In this document: positions 55,056 through 64,000 of the stretch, piece by piece
Numbering within the stretch: position 1 is the stretch's first letter
Layout: every line of letters starts with the position of its first letter
DNA from: a virus
Direction: 5' to 3' (one strand)
Virus record (IMG/VR): IMGVR_UViG_3300017917_002108
Coordinates: 1 to 64,000 of that record
Length of the DNA stretch: 64,000 nucleotides
The notes under the pieces: generated by a model
What the model was told of the DNA's origin: nothing
The model's input: the letters and a program-made list of their open reading frames with translations, nothing else
Databases searched by the model: none
Program-made: the position numbers and the translations under genes

Positions 55056-55492
55056 ATGTAAAATGTATAAACTTCGTTGACGGGGTGTTCTTCGGGTTGC
55101 GGAGTAAGTTCGTCAGCACGGGGAAAATACACAGCATACTTAGTAGGCCAGTTAGGGTTTAAGAAAGCACGGGCTACAAATCTATCACAACGAGGTAATA
55201 CCACTGCTAATAGGTCTCTACAGAATTGCTCACCAAATGCTAGTCCGCCGTCTATTATCACTGTATCCCAATGCTCGTCTAAACTAAACCAGTCACGCTG
55301 ACGTAGTTTAGCGTCATTGTATAAAGGATGTAGATCCCAGGCTTCTGTACACAAGGGTAATAATAATCTAGTACTACCTAGCAGCAAAACTCTTCCCTCG
55401 CAGTAGTTTTCAAACACCCTATAGTCATCTTCGTTAGGAGCTGCTGGCCATTTTAAGGCTGTCCAATACGAATTATCTGCGTGTATATTCAT
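55031..55492 (-). CDS. Hypothetical protein, possible degenerate Rossmann/methyltransferase fold
   Basis: RVLLLGST..WD..WDTVIIDGGL. Confidence 0.6.
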   Translation of the reverse strand: MNIHADNSYWTALKWPAAPNEDDYRVFENYCEGRVLLLGSTRLLLPLCTEAWDLHPLYNDAKLRQRDWFSLDEHWDTVIIDGGLAFGEQFCRDLLAVVLPRCDRFVARAFLNPNWPTKYAVYFPRADELTPQPEEHPVNEVYTFYIWNQKTKS

Positions 55493-55543
55493 CCGATTAT
55501 TTATTGTTCAGTATCCTGCTAAATATACTAAAGAGAACACATT

Positions 55544-56098
55544 ATGGCCATACAAACAATAAACATTGGAAATGTAGTAAACGACGGACTGGGCGACGAT
55601 CTACGCACCGCGTTTCAAAAAGTAAATGCTAATTTTGCAGATCTAAATGCATCGTTGACTGTGACTGCTAGTAATGTAGGAGCCACAGGTGTTGGCATAT
55701 TCAAAGAAAAAAACGGTCTAGATTTAAAATTTAAAAAATTAGTATCTGGAACTAAAATACTACTATCGGAATATCAAGATACAATCGTAGTTAATAATCA
55801 ACAACCTGATGGATTCGTGAGGATCGATACCAACAACGGCACAGTGCTAGGGGATGATTATCTTAATATAACCCTTCAAGGTGCGAATGGTGCTGAAAAT
55901 ATTTCTACCAGTGTTGTGGACAGTGTTATATCCATAGACACAGTATTGCCTGTTACTGAAATATTAACTTATTACGATTTTGGTACTATTGATCAGGATT
56001 TTACCAATGTCATGCAATTAGCTTTATCTGCAGCCAATATCGATTTTGGAACCATAGCCAATCCAGGAACTGTAAGTTTAGATCTAGGTACCTTATAA
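55544..56098 (+). CDS. Baseplate/tail adaptor protein
   Basis: INIGNVVNDGLGDDLRTAFQKVNANF (gp9/gp10-like N-terminus); DFGTI repeats. Confidence 0.8.
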   Translation: MAIQTINIGNVVNDGLGDDLRTAFQKVNANFADLNASLTVTASNVGATGVGIFKEKNGLDLKFKKLVSGTKILLSEYQDTIVVNNQQPDGFVRIDTNNGTVLGDDYLNITLQGANGAENISTSVVDSVISIDTVLPVTEILTYYDFGTIDQDFTNVMQLALSAANIDFGTIANPGTVSLDLGTL

Positions 56099-56107
56099 GG
56101 ATCATAT

Positions 56108-58573
56108 ATGGCCGTAACATGGATCACTTCAGCCGGAAATCTAGGCATCATAACTGAAAGAGTAACCATTAATATACCATTAATGGCTGTTTCTCCGGTG
56201 GGTCCTGTTTCATTCTCGCTCATAGCCGGAAGCCTTCCTAGGGGAGTAAAATTATTAGACGGGGTCATAAAAGGTTCCCCGGTCGAAGAAAAAAAATATA
56301 CAGAATATAAATTCGTGATCAGAGCCGATGACGGTCAAGATCTTGAAGATCGAACATTTGTCTTGTCTGTGGACGGATCCGATATACCCTATTGGTTGAC
56401 CGTTGAGGGTTTTTTAAAAGTCGGAGACGGTGATAACTATTTTGTATTAGATAATGCTTATGTTAATTTTCAATTAGAGGCCGATGACACTGATCTAAAT
56501 GCTGGGGATACATTAGAATATTTTCTAGTCCCTGCAGGGGGAGAGTTACCGCCAGGATTGTCATTGAGTAGGTCGGGATTGATTTCAGGTTTTACAGATC
56601 CAGTATTTTCCATTGATTATCAAGAAAATCAAACCGGGTCGTATGACACAGCCGCATTTGATGTAGTACCGTTAGATCTAGTTCATAAGAAAGACAACGG
56701 TTTTGATTCTTTTCTTTATGATAATACTACCTATGATTACAATGAACCGAGCCGTACTCCTAGACGCCTAAGTAGATTTTATACCTTTGTTGTCGCAGTA
56801 TCAGACGGCATTAACGAGATACGAAGAGTTTTCAGAATATGGGTAGTCACCGAAGAGTTTCTAAAAGCAGATAATAATCTTCTAGAAGTTGATACCAATC
56901 TGTTCAGGGCCGATAATACCGGTGATAGGATACCTTTATGGATCACAGAAAGTTATCTAGGAAGATTTCGAGCAAATAACTATGTGACTATCTATCTTGA
57001 TGTATACGATCCTCCCAGTCTGCCAGGAACCATAACTTATTTTCTACTAGATATCAATCCCGACGGCACGAGCAGTCAATTGCCACCAGGCATGGAGTTA
57101 GATACAATCACCGGAGAAATAGCAGGTAAAGTACCTTATCAAGCAGCCGTTACTAAGACCTATCAATTCACCATGCAGGCAGTTAATTTTCCTGCAATAT
57201 TGGCGGAAATAAATTACACGCTGGTAGGAGATTGGAGTTCTACAAGAATATACAGAGTCAACGAAGCGGTCAGATATAAAGGATTTATCTATATCTGTAT
57301 ACAGGATCATCGCAACGTGCAGCCTGTGAATGGCGCCTATTGGAATCTCGGAGTTTCAACTTCTGAAAAAACTTTTACCGTAGATGTCATAGGCGAGATT
57401 GAAAGTTCTATAGAATGGATTTCGGACAGCGACAGAGGTATAATCAAACCCAACCAACCTAGCCTATTAGAAGTCAAAGCCACTAGTTTACTCTATGGAG
57501 GTAAAGTGGTATATGAAATAGTTTCAGGTACGTTACCTCCCGGTCTAAGTCTGTTATCTACTGGTATCATCCAAGGCAAAGTAAAACAGTTTGCAGATAA
57601 TTTTGGACCAGGACTTACTAGATTTTTTGATCATGATTCCAGCCTTATTGATTCAACCGGCTCAGTTTCATACAATACCACTTTCGATGGTGCAGATACT
57701 AGTTTTGATCAAAAATTTACTTTTGAAATCAAAGCCAGAGACACCGCCAATTTTGCAGAAAGTATCAAAACATTTTTTGTAACGGTATCGGCTAACAATA
57801 CCAAAACATTTGCCAATCTATATGTCAAAGCTCTACAAACCAAACAGAAACGACTAGACTGGTATAATTTTATAACCGATTCAAATATTTTTGCTGCGGA
57901 CGAAATATATCGCTACGGTGACGCAAACTTCGGTGTACAGCCAGAATTAAAAATGTTATTATTTGCAGGTATCGAAAGTGTAGAAGCAGTCAAATATATT
58001 CAGGCCATGAGTAGAAATCATTACAGAAAACAACTTAGATTTGGCAATGTAAATTATGCCGTGGCAAATGATCCGGAAACTCAAGAAGCTCTATATGAAG
58101 TCATATATGTAGATATAATCGACGAATACGAAATAAATGGTAAAAGCATTTCAAGTGAAATAAATTTAACAGACAATATAAACAGTAAAGTATTAATCAG
58201 TTATGATGCTATCAAGGTTGACAGCGATATACCCTTTGTCAGTGACAGCGATCATCAACGCATCTTTCCAAATTCTATAAAAAACATGAGAAATAGAATC
58301 AAACATGTGGGTCAAAATGACAGAGAATTTTTACCTTTATGGATGCGCAGTATACAACCTAATAATTTTGTAGAGACAGGATTTGTTAAAGCTGTGGTAT
58401 TATGCTATGCCAAACCTGGTAATTCTAAGGCAATTCTAAGTAGGATCAAAAGCAAGGGCTATGATTTCAAATCTATCAATTTTACCGTAGATAGATACGT
58501 CATAGATATTCTAGACGGGGAGATAGAGGATAAATATCTAGCATTTCCGCAACGTGGAGAAAAATTACCGTGA
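56108..58573 (+). CDS. Virion protein with putative Ig (He_PIG-like) repeats
   Basis: Repeated LPPGL.L...G.I.G; CBM5/12-like W....Y...E.V.Y.G..Y.C..H insert. Confidence 0.8.
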   Translation: MAVTWITSAGNLGIITERVTINIPLMAVSPVGPVSFSLIAGSLPRGVKLLDGVIKGSPVEEKKYTEYKFVIRADDGQDLEDRTFVLSVDGSDIPYWLTVEGFLKVGDGDNYFVLDNAYVNFQLEADDTDLNAGDTLEYFLVPAGGELPPGLSLSRSGLISGFTDPVFSIDYQENQTGSYDTAAFDVVPLDLVHKKDNGFDSFLYDNTTYDYNEPSRTPRRLSRFYTFVVAVSDGINEIRRVFRIWVVTEEFLKADNNLLEVDTNLFRADNTGDRIPLWITESYLGRFRANNYVTIYLDVYDPPSLPGTITYFLLDINPDGTSSQLPPGMELDTITGEIAGKVPYQAAVTKTYQFTMQAVNFPAILAEINYTLVGDWSSTRIYRVNEAVRYKGFIYICIQDHRNVQPVNGAYWNLGVSTSEKTFTVDVIGEIESSIEWISDSDRGIIKPNQPSLLEVKATSLLYGGKVVYEIVSGTLPPGLSLLSTGIIQGKVKQFADNFGPGLTRFFDHDSSLIDSTGSVSYNTTFDGADTSFDQKFTFEIKARDTANFAESIKTFFVTVSANNTKTFANLYVKALQTKQKRLDWYNFITDSNIFAADEIYRYGDANFGVQPELKMLLFAGIESVEAVKYIQAMSRNHYRKQLRFGNVNYAVANDPETQEALYEVIYVDIIDEYEINGKSISSEINLTDNINSKVLISYDAIKVDSDIPFVSDSDHQRIFPNSIKNMRNRIKHVGQNDREFLPLWMRSIQPNNFVETGFVKAVVLCYAKPGNSKAILSRIKSKGYDFKSINFTVDRYVIDILDGEIEDKYLAFPQRGEKLP

Positions 58574-59157
58574 CAAGCGCAATAAATTATTCAGCAATAA
58601 ATGAAAACTTTCCTGTAGCAGGGCAGGATAACGACACACAGGTGTTCAGAGATAATTTCGATACCATCAAAACTAGTCTACAAACAGCTCAGTCTGAGAT
58701 TACTGATCTCCAGACCAATGTTGCTAGAACAGATCTAGATAATGATTTTAATTGGAAAATACAGAATAGGGCAGTTTTTCAAAACACCTATGAAGCTAAA
58801 TTCGACGGCGGCACGGTAACAACCCCACTTGTTGTAGATTATGAAAATGGTAGTTATCAAATTTTTAGATTCGGTGCCAATACTACCGTAGAATTTTTGA
58901 ACTTCCCCGACGACGACACTATTCCCGAAAGTGTAGGCAAAATCACTCTAGAGCTATACGGTGACGGTACAGCTAGAACTATTACATTTATTACTACAGG
59001 CGGCACAGTACTAAAAAAATCTGCAGATTTTCCTTCCCCGTTTACTATTACCAGTGCAGAACTCGCAGGTGGTGCTGGCAACCCGATAATCGTAGAAGTT
59101 TGGCGTCACAAAACCGATAGGATTTTCTTAAATTATATTGGTACATTTAGTTCATAA
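58570..59157 (+). CDS. Probable virion structural protein
   Basis: INENFPVAGQDNDTQVFRDNF N-terminus plus a short coiled coil. Confidence 0.75.
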   Translation: MTSAINYSAINENFPVAGQDNDTQVFRDNFDTIKTSLQTAQSEITDLQTNVARTDLDNDFNWKIQNRAVFQNTYEAKFDGGTVTTPLVVDYENGSYQIFRFGANTTVEFLNFPDDDTIPESVGKITLELYGDGTARTITFITTGGTVLKKSADFPSPFTITSAELAGGAGNPIIVEVWRHKTDRIFLNYIGTFSS

Positions 59158-59393
59158 TGTTTCACCCCCTGGAAGAAGATCTAACCAAACTAACAGATGC
59201 TCAGGTAGAGCAACGAGTACAAGATCTATCAAAAAAATATTTTACAGCACAGCGTTTAGGGAAACCTGAACTATTGACACAAATCGCTACTTTTGTTACA
59301 ATATACAGAGAAGAGATGTCTAAGCGTTATAGAGAAAAAACTAAAAACGAGTTAGATGGCGATTTGGATCAATTAATTAATGTCAATAACTAA
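59157..59393 (+). CDS. Hypothetical protein
   Basis: 78-aa coupled ORF. Confidence 0.75.
   Translation: MFHPLEEDLTKLTDAQVEQRVQDLSKKYFTAQRLGKPELLTQIATFVTIYREEMSKRYREKTKNELDGDLDQLINVNN
59274..59302 (+). promoter_or_regulatory. sigma70 promoter
   Basis: TTGACA-17-TACAAT. Confidence 0.6.
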
Positions 59394-59859
59394 ACAGAAC
59401 GAGCAAGATCTAATAGAAGGTGTGCTAAGGCACGGCCCTAATATTATAGAAAAATGCCTTGTTGATTCCAATGACATTGAATCATATCTACAAAGATTAA
59501 CTACAGAACATCTTAGATATCCGATCCCCAAGGAAACATTAGACACTAATCATTGGAATATTCCTCACGAATATCAAACCATGGATATTGAACAATATCT
59601 GATAGATCAATGTCCTAAAGAAAATCTTGGAAGATTGACCCAAGAATTACAGCTTTATAATCAACACAATATGCTTATGGTTCTCAGAGCTATGAAGTAT
59701 CTAGTAGACTCTTTAAGGTCTAATAGCATAATATGGGGTGTTGGACGTGGCAGCAGTGTGGCCAGCTATACGCTCTATTTGTTAGGGGTCCATAAGATCG
59801 ATAGTGTTAAATATAACTTACCAATAGAAGAATTCTTCAAAGGAGAACAAAATGGGTAA
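59380..59859 (+). CDS. DNA polymerase III alpha (DnaE) fragment, split polymerase piece
   Basis: R...EL..WGVGRGSSVASYTLYLLGVHKID...Y.L..E.F. Confidence 0.85.
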   Translation: MSITKQNEQDLIEGVLRHGPNIIEKCLVDSNDIESYLQRLTTEHLRYPIPKETLDTNHWNIPHEYQTMDIEQYLIDQCPKENLGRLTQELQLYNQHNMLMVLRAMKYLVDSLRSNSIIWGVGRGSSVASYTLYLLGVHKIDSVKYNLPIEEFFKGEQNG

Positions 59860-60082
59860 AACTTATACAAGCATGCAGGGTAAACAAATTGACATGGAAA
59901 AACTAAATCTAGTTAACGAATTAACTCCTGCTATCGGAAATATGAAAGTAAATGCCAGAGGCGACGAATTGGGCCCTGGAGGTAAAATCGTCCGCACAAG
60001 AGAACAGATATTACAGGATTACTATCAAAACAATCCCAGAGCTATTAAAGAAGAAATAGCTACCAGAGGAAGCAAAAGGTAA
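59852..60082 (+). CDS. Hypothetical phage protein
   Basis: AGGAG SD; GNMKVNARGDELGPGGKI. Confidence 0.8.
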   Translation: MGKTYTSMQGKQIDMEKLNLVNELTPAIGNMKVNARGDELGPGGKIVRTREQILQDYYQNNPRAIKEEIATRGSKR

Positions 60083-60085
60083 AGC

Positions 60086-60445
60086 ATGTCAACAGCCTAC
60101 GACGTTAAACATATAAAAATAAGAGCTATTCACGATTGGGTCATAGTTTCCGATATGGATTTCGGAGAGATGAAAACCTCTTCGGGCATAGTTCTTAGAT
60201 CGGACAATGGTCAAGCTCACGGAGTCAAACCTAGATGGGGTAAGGTATATTGCATTGGTCCTAAACAACATGATGTCAAAGTTGGTGATTGGATACTTAT
60301 CGAGCACGGAAGATGGACCAGAGCTATGCATATAAACGACGGTGAACAAGAACTTAAGGTGCACCGAGTAGATACCTCGGGCATTATGGCCATTTCCGAC
60401 TCTCCTCCCAGTGCAGAAGATGTATTGATAGGTAACACTCTGTAA
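60086..60445 (+). CDS. groES: GroES-like co-chaperonin
   Basis: IRAIHDWVIV..KTSSGIVL..GKVYCIGP..VKVGDWIL. Confidence 0.85.
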   Translation: MSTAYDVKHIKIRAIHDWVIVSDMDFGEMKTSSGIVLRSDNGQAHGVKPRWGKVYCIGPKQHDVKVGDWILIEHGRWTRAMHINDGEQELKVHRVDTSGIMAISDSPPSAEDVLIGNTL

Positions 60446-60684
60446 TGGGTTTCAAAAAAAGCTGGGACACAGGGGACATAGCTAACCAAATACACGCCCT
60501 AGCTCGTGAGTGTTCCAGCAGCTACACAGACGGTTTTACAGCATTTGAATGTAAGAAAGATCTTTATCAAATCAAAGAAATCATCGATCAGGCTATCAAA
60601 TTATCTCCGAATTTTGGAGAACTGGAACAGCAGTGGTTGACAGAACAAGAACAAAAGCGTATCATTAAGATTCTAAAGTCTTAA
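60445..60684 (+). CDS. Hypothetical protein
   Basis: 79-aa coupled ORF. Confidence 0.75.
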   Translation: MGFKKSWDTGDIANQIHALARECSSSYTDGFTAFECKKDLYQIKEIIDQAIKLSPNFGELEQQWLTEQEQKRIIKILKS

Positions 60685-60694
60685 GGAGATACGA

Positions 60695-61099
60695 ATGACT
60701 AACCCTTTCCGCGACCAAGAAAAATTCATGCGGGCATGTGATCAATCTGTAGAAGGTTGGAATCAAGAACAATTCAATCTTTACGTTAATTTAATCGACG
60801 AAGAATATAACGACGAATTAAAAACAGCCATTGCAAATTGCGATCCGGTAGAGATCGTAGATGCACTTACCGATATCTTAGTCGTAACTATTGGTGCTTT
60901 ACATTCCATGGGAGCAGACCCAGAAGGTGCTTGGAAAGAAGTCATGAAGACCAATTTTGCTAAGATTGACAAAGATACTGGCAAAGTTCGCAAGCGTGAA
61001 GATGGCAAAGTACTAAAGCCGTTGGGATGGACTCCTCCCAATCTTTCTGAGTATACCACTAAAGAAAAAACTATCCTAAAACAAGGATACGAACAATGA
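60695..61099 (+). CDS. MazG-like/all-alpha NTP pyrophosphohydrolase
   Basis: LIDEE..E..EIVDALTD..EV..TN..K..REDGKVLKP. Confidence 0.85.
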   Translation: MTNPFRDQEKFMRACDQSVEGWNQEQFNLYVNLIDEEYNDELKTAIANCDPVEIVDALTDILVVTIGALHSMGADPEGAWKEVMKTNFAKIDKDTGKVRKREDGKVLKPLGWTPPNLSEYTTKEKTILKQGYEQ

Positions 61100-61518
61100 G
61101 GAAAGGATTCACTTGTTCGACATTTGATCTATTTCATGCTGGGCATATTATGATGCTTAAAGAAGCCAAAACACAGTGCGATTATCTCATTGTAGGTCTT
61201 CAAACAGATCCCACTATCGATCGCAAAGAAAAAAATAAACCTGTACAAAGTGTTTTTGAACGCTACGAACAACTCAAAGCCTGCAAATACATAGATGAAA
61301 TCATAGTCTATGAAACCGAAGAAGATCTCTTGAACATCTTGCTTTCTTATCCCATCGATGTTAGAATATTAGGTGATGAGTACATGCAAAAAGATTTTAC
61401 AGGTGCACATCTACAACACATTGAATTATATTTCAATACACGAAGACATAATTTTTCAACAACTGAATTACGACAGCGAGTTATCGCTGCACAGATTAAT
61501 AAAGGTCTCACAGAATGA
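61096..61518 (+). CDS. Cytidylyltransferase (TagD-like)
   Basis: FDLFHAGH, LIVGLQTD, STT motif. Confidence 0.9.
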   Translation: MRKGFTCSTFDLFHAGHIMMLKEAKTQCDYLIVGLQTDPTIDRKEKNKPVQSVFERYEQLKACKYIDEIIVYETEEDLLNILLSYPIDVRILGDEYMQKDFTGAHLQHIELYFNTRRHNFSTTELRQRVIAAQINKGLTE

Positions 61519-61721
61519 CTATGGATCAAGCGGCTGTATTTTTAGCCGGAAGTATTTTGATAGCAATCGGATTCACTGTAATGATTGCAGCGGTGGTGTT
61601 TATTAATAATATGCTTCACAAATATTGGAAACCAGTGAGTTTATTCACCCCCGATAGTTGGAAGGCATTCAACCCACCACCGCAATTTATAGATCAAGGA
61701 ATAAACAAGGATAAAAAATGA
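61515..61721 (+). CDS. Small membrane protein
   Basis: Single hydrophobic helix. Confidence 0.7.
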   Translation: MTMDQAAVFLAGSILIAIGFTVMIAAVVFINNMLHKYWKPVSLFTPDSWKAFNPPPQFIDQGINKDKK

Positions 61722-62632
61722 AAGAACTATGGGTTGAAAAGTATCGCCCTAAAAATATCGAGGGTTATGTATTTAGAGATGATCATCAAAGAAGGCAAAT
61801 TGAAACTTGGATAAAGGATCAAAGTATTCCTCACCTATTGCTCAGCGGTTCAGCAGGTATTGGTAAAACCACACTGGCTAAGATTCTTATTCACGAGCTA
61901 GGTATTGAGGATTATGATGTCTTAGAAATCAATGCAAGTCGTACTAATTCTGTTGAAGATGTCAGAGATAAGATCACAAACTTTGTTCAAATGATTCCAT
62001 TTGGTCCGTTTAAAGTAGTCTTACTTGACGAGGCCGATTATCTGTCACCAAACGCACAGGCAGCACTCCGCGGTGTAATGGAAGAATATCATGCAACAGC
62101 TCGCTTCATTCTTACTTGTAACTATCCCAATCGTATTATTCCTGCTATACATTCGAGGTGTCAAGGATTCCACGTTGAACGTACTGATAATACTGAGTTT
62201 ACTGCACGGGTGGCTACTATCCTTGTCAATGAATCTGTGGACTTCGATCTCGATACCTTGGATGATTATGTAAAGGTCGCATATCCTGATCTTCGCAAAT
62301 GTATCAATCTTGTCCAACAAAACATAAACGAGGGTCATTTGAATCCTCCTAATAAGAGTGATAGCGGAGAAGCTGATTGGAAGTTTGATATGGTCGAACT
62401 TTTCAAAGCAGGTAAAATACAAGAAGCAAGAAAACTGCTGTGCGGTAAGTTACGTGCAGAAGAAATGGAAGAAGTATATCGCTGGTTATATGACCATGTT
62501 GAAATTTTCGGTAGTGATGAGAATCAAGACAAAGCTATTCTTATTCTTAAACAAGGACTAGTAGATCACACATTGGTAGTAGATGTAGAAATTAATCTAG
62601 CTGCTGTGTTGATTAAACTAGCGAGACTCTGA
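61718..62632 (+). CDS. Clamp loader AAA+ subunit (RFC small/gp44-like)
   Basis: [26 protein letters not shown]. Confidence 0.95.
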   Translation: MKELWVEKYRPKNIEGYVFRDDHQRRQIETWIKDQSIPHLLLSGSAGIGKTTLAKILIHELGIEDYDVLEINASRTNSVEDVRDKITNFVQMIPFGPFKVVLLDEADYLSPNAQAALRGVMEEYHATARFILTCNYPNRIIPAIHSRCQGFHVERTDNTEFTARVATILVNESVDFDLDTLDDYVKVAYPDLRKCINLVQQNINEGHLNPPNKSDSGEADWKFDMVELFKAGKIQEARKLLCGKLRAEEMEEVYRWLYDHVEIFGSDENQDKAILILKQGLVDHTLVVDVEINLAAVLIKLARL

Positions 62633-62955
62633 TGAGTTATCTGGTCACTGAAAATTGTATAAAATGCAAACATACAGATTGTGTTAATGTTTGTCCGGTT
62701 GATTGTTTCTATGAAGGCCCAAATTTTCTAGCTATTAATCCTGACGAATGCATTGATTGTGGTGTTTGTGTACCGGAATGTCCTATCGATGCCATTAAAG
62801 CAGATTCTGATAAAAATATCGACGGTATATTTTGGACCGACTTAAATAGACGACTAAGTCTAAAATGGCCTAACATCACAAGATCTAAACTGCCTTTGCC
62901 TGATCACGATCAGTGGACCGATCAACCAGATAAAATAAAGTTTCTAGAAGAATGA
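62632..62955 (+). CDS. fdxA: 7Fe-type ferredoxin (FdxA family)
   Basis: [30 protein letters not shown]. Confidence 0.92.
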   Translation: MSYLVTENCIKCKHTDCVNVCPVDCFYEGPNFLAINPDECIDCGVCVPECPIDAIKADSDKNIDGIFWTDLNRRLSLKWPNITRSKLPLPDHDQWTDQPDKIKFLEE

Positions 62956-63443
62956 CCGATAAAGAAAGCAATGTCGCTAAAGGCAAAGACAGCTATGATG
63001 CTAATATCGGCGACGGTCTAGTTGCTTTCTTTAATAGAAATGTCACTGCTTATCCCACAGAAGTAGGGGGTCCTGCTTTTGATCTAATACCTGTAGAACG
63101 TCAAAAAGACATAATGATTAATGTTGCCCGAATGCACGGTCAACAAGAGTATAATCGTATCATGGAATTAGTATCTGTCTTACAAAAACAAGCCGCTAGT
63201 ATCAAACGTAGATTAGAAATCACCGATTGGATACATTCGGCTGTGTATCAATTTCAGATAGCCCATGGCCAATGTTATTGGTTGGCTTTTGATACACGCA
63301 AGGGCGGAACCATTTTAACCATGCATGGTCCACAAGATTGGTCTACCGGAGCTCCGGATTGGTATGATTACATCTGTAGAGTAAAGTGGTTAGGTGATTA
63401 CACCTGGAGTGAAGTTGACAACGATGGAAATCCTGTATCATGA
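62952..63443 (+). CDS. Hypothetical protein (DUF2452-like)
   Basis: [10 protein letters not shown], coiled coil, G..YWL..P..W..D.TW. Confidence 0.6.
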   Translation: MTDKESNVAKGKDSYDANIGDGLVAFFNRNVTAYPTEVGGPAFDLIPVERQKDIMINVARMHGQQEYNRIMELVSVLQKQAASIKRRLEITDWIHSAVYQFQIAHGQCYWLAFDTRKGGTILTMHGPQDWSTGAPDWYDYICRVKWLGDYTWSEVDNDGNPVS

Positions 63444-63676
63444 GATATATGATAGTAACCTATATCAAACGTCCCGACGGCAAGCATGACGAATTGACAG
63501 AATTTAAGAGTAGTGTAAAATTAAAACACTATCAAAGTGCAAAAGTAATTTTAGACCTTAAGAAAAAACAATGTCTTAAGAACGGGTTAAACCCGCAAGC
63601 ATCATATCAAGATATGATAGATTTCTATAAAAAGATGTTAGGGGATCGATTGACCCCCTACCTCCCTAAAGATTAA
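63440..63676 (+). CDS. Hypothetical protein
   Basis: 78-aa coupled ORF. Confidence 0.7.
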   Translation: MRYMIVTYIKRPDGKHDELTEFKSSVKLKHYQSAKVILDLKKKQCLKNGLNPQASYQDMIDFYKKMLGDRLTPYLPKD

Positions 63677-64000
63677 GAATCACCATATATTGCAAGTATC
63701 TCCTTTACCGCCTCGTGGCGTTCGATGTCACTAATATCAAAGTGACAAATATCAACATATCTGTGATTTACAAAGTTGTTATACAACTTAAGGAATTCTA
63801 GCAGTCCATTATTTGAAGGTCGATCTGCTTGTTGTAAATCACCCGTTACGATCATCTTTGATCCTTGACCTAACCTAGTAAGCAGCATTTTCATTTGACT
63901 AGGTGTAGCGTTTTGCATTTCATCAGCTATGATGACTGCATTCTTAAAAGTTCTTCCTCTCATATATGCTAAAGGACTGGTTTCAATCACCCCCTCAGTT
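63673..64000 (-). CDS. phoH: PhoH-family ATPase, C-terminal part (runs off the window)
   Basis: PLAYMRGRTF..ADEMQN..LLTRLG..GD..Q.D..GL..RH. Confidence 0.95.
   Translation of the reverse strand, partial: TEGVIETSPLAYMRGRTFKNAVIIADEMQNATPSQMKMLLTRLGQGSKMIVTGDLQQADRPSNNGLLEFLKLYNNFVNHRYVDICHFDISDIERHEAVKEILAIYGDS

Noticed and set aside
1-64000. Genome-wide UGA or UAG reassignment
   Set aside because: Intact genes end in TGA (5113, 7628, 27786) and TAG (4591, 6592, 54461), long ORFs are uninterrupted, and no suppressor tRNA lies in the window
1-64000. CRISPR array, integrase, IS element, intron/homing endonuclease, intein, DGR
   Set aside because: No regularly spaced direct repeats and no recognisable recombinase, transposase, reverse transcriptase or splicing motifs

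Overview
This is a 64-kb segment of a large lytic dsDNA tailed phage (myovirus-like, jumbo class). The host is probably a freshwater Proteobacterium, inferred from the IscU, IscA, FdxA, RpoZ and TctC/Bug families. The standard genetic code applies: genes end in TAA, TAG and TGA. (1) 1-4010 is an RNA island with 10 tRNAs, a ~880-nt GOLLD-like RNA carrying an embedded tRNA-Asn-like element, several unassigned structured RNAs and an RNA polymerase omega gene. (2) 4016-7628 is a translation/early module with IF-1, phosphatases, a metallopeptidase and an RF1-type release factor. That release factor lacks domain 1 and is interrupted by one in-frame UGA at a conserved Trp position, followed directly by a stem-loop. 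(3) 7736-22308 holds a tail fibre followed by an accessory island: TctA/TctC transporter, minimal adenylating enzyme, GNAT, 2OG oxygenase, amidohydrolase, methyltransferases and many P-loop/sulfotransferase-like paralogues. (4) 22382-34429 contains an anticodon-less tRNA-like RNA, an Hc1-like protein, ThyX, QueD with a pseudoknotted leader, glycosyltransferases, UvdE, SOD, IscU and IscA. (5) 34501-59157 encodes giant tail/baseplate proteins, an S8 protease with a large insertion, a LamG protein and an antisense QueC-like pair. (6) 59157-64000 has a DnaE fragment, GroES, an NTP-PPase, a cytidylyltransferase, a clamp loader, a ferredoxin and PhoH. The best candidates for undescribed biology are the UGA-gated release factor, the ncRNA island, the anticodon-less tRNA and the transporter/modification island. 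All calls are by eye from motifs and base-pairing; no database searches were run.
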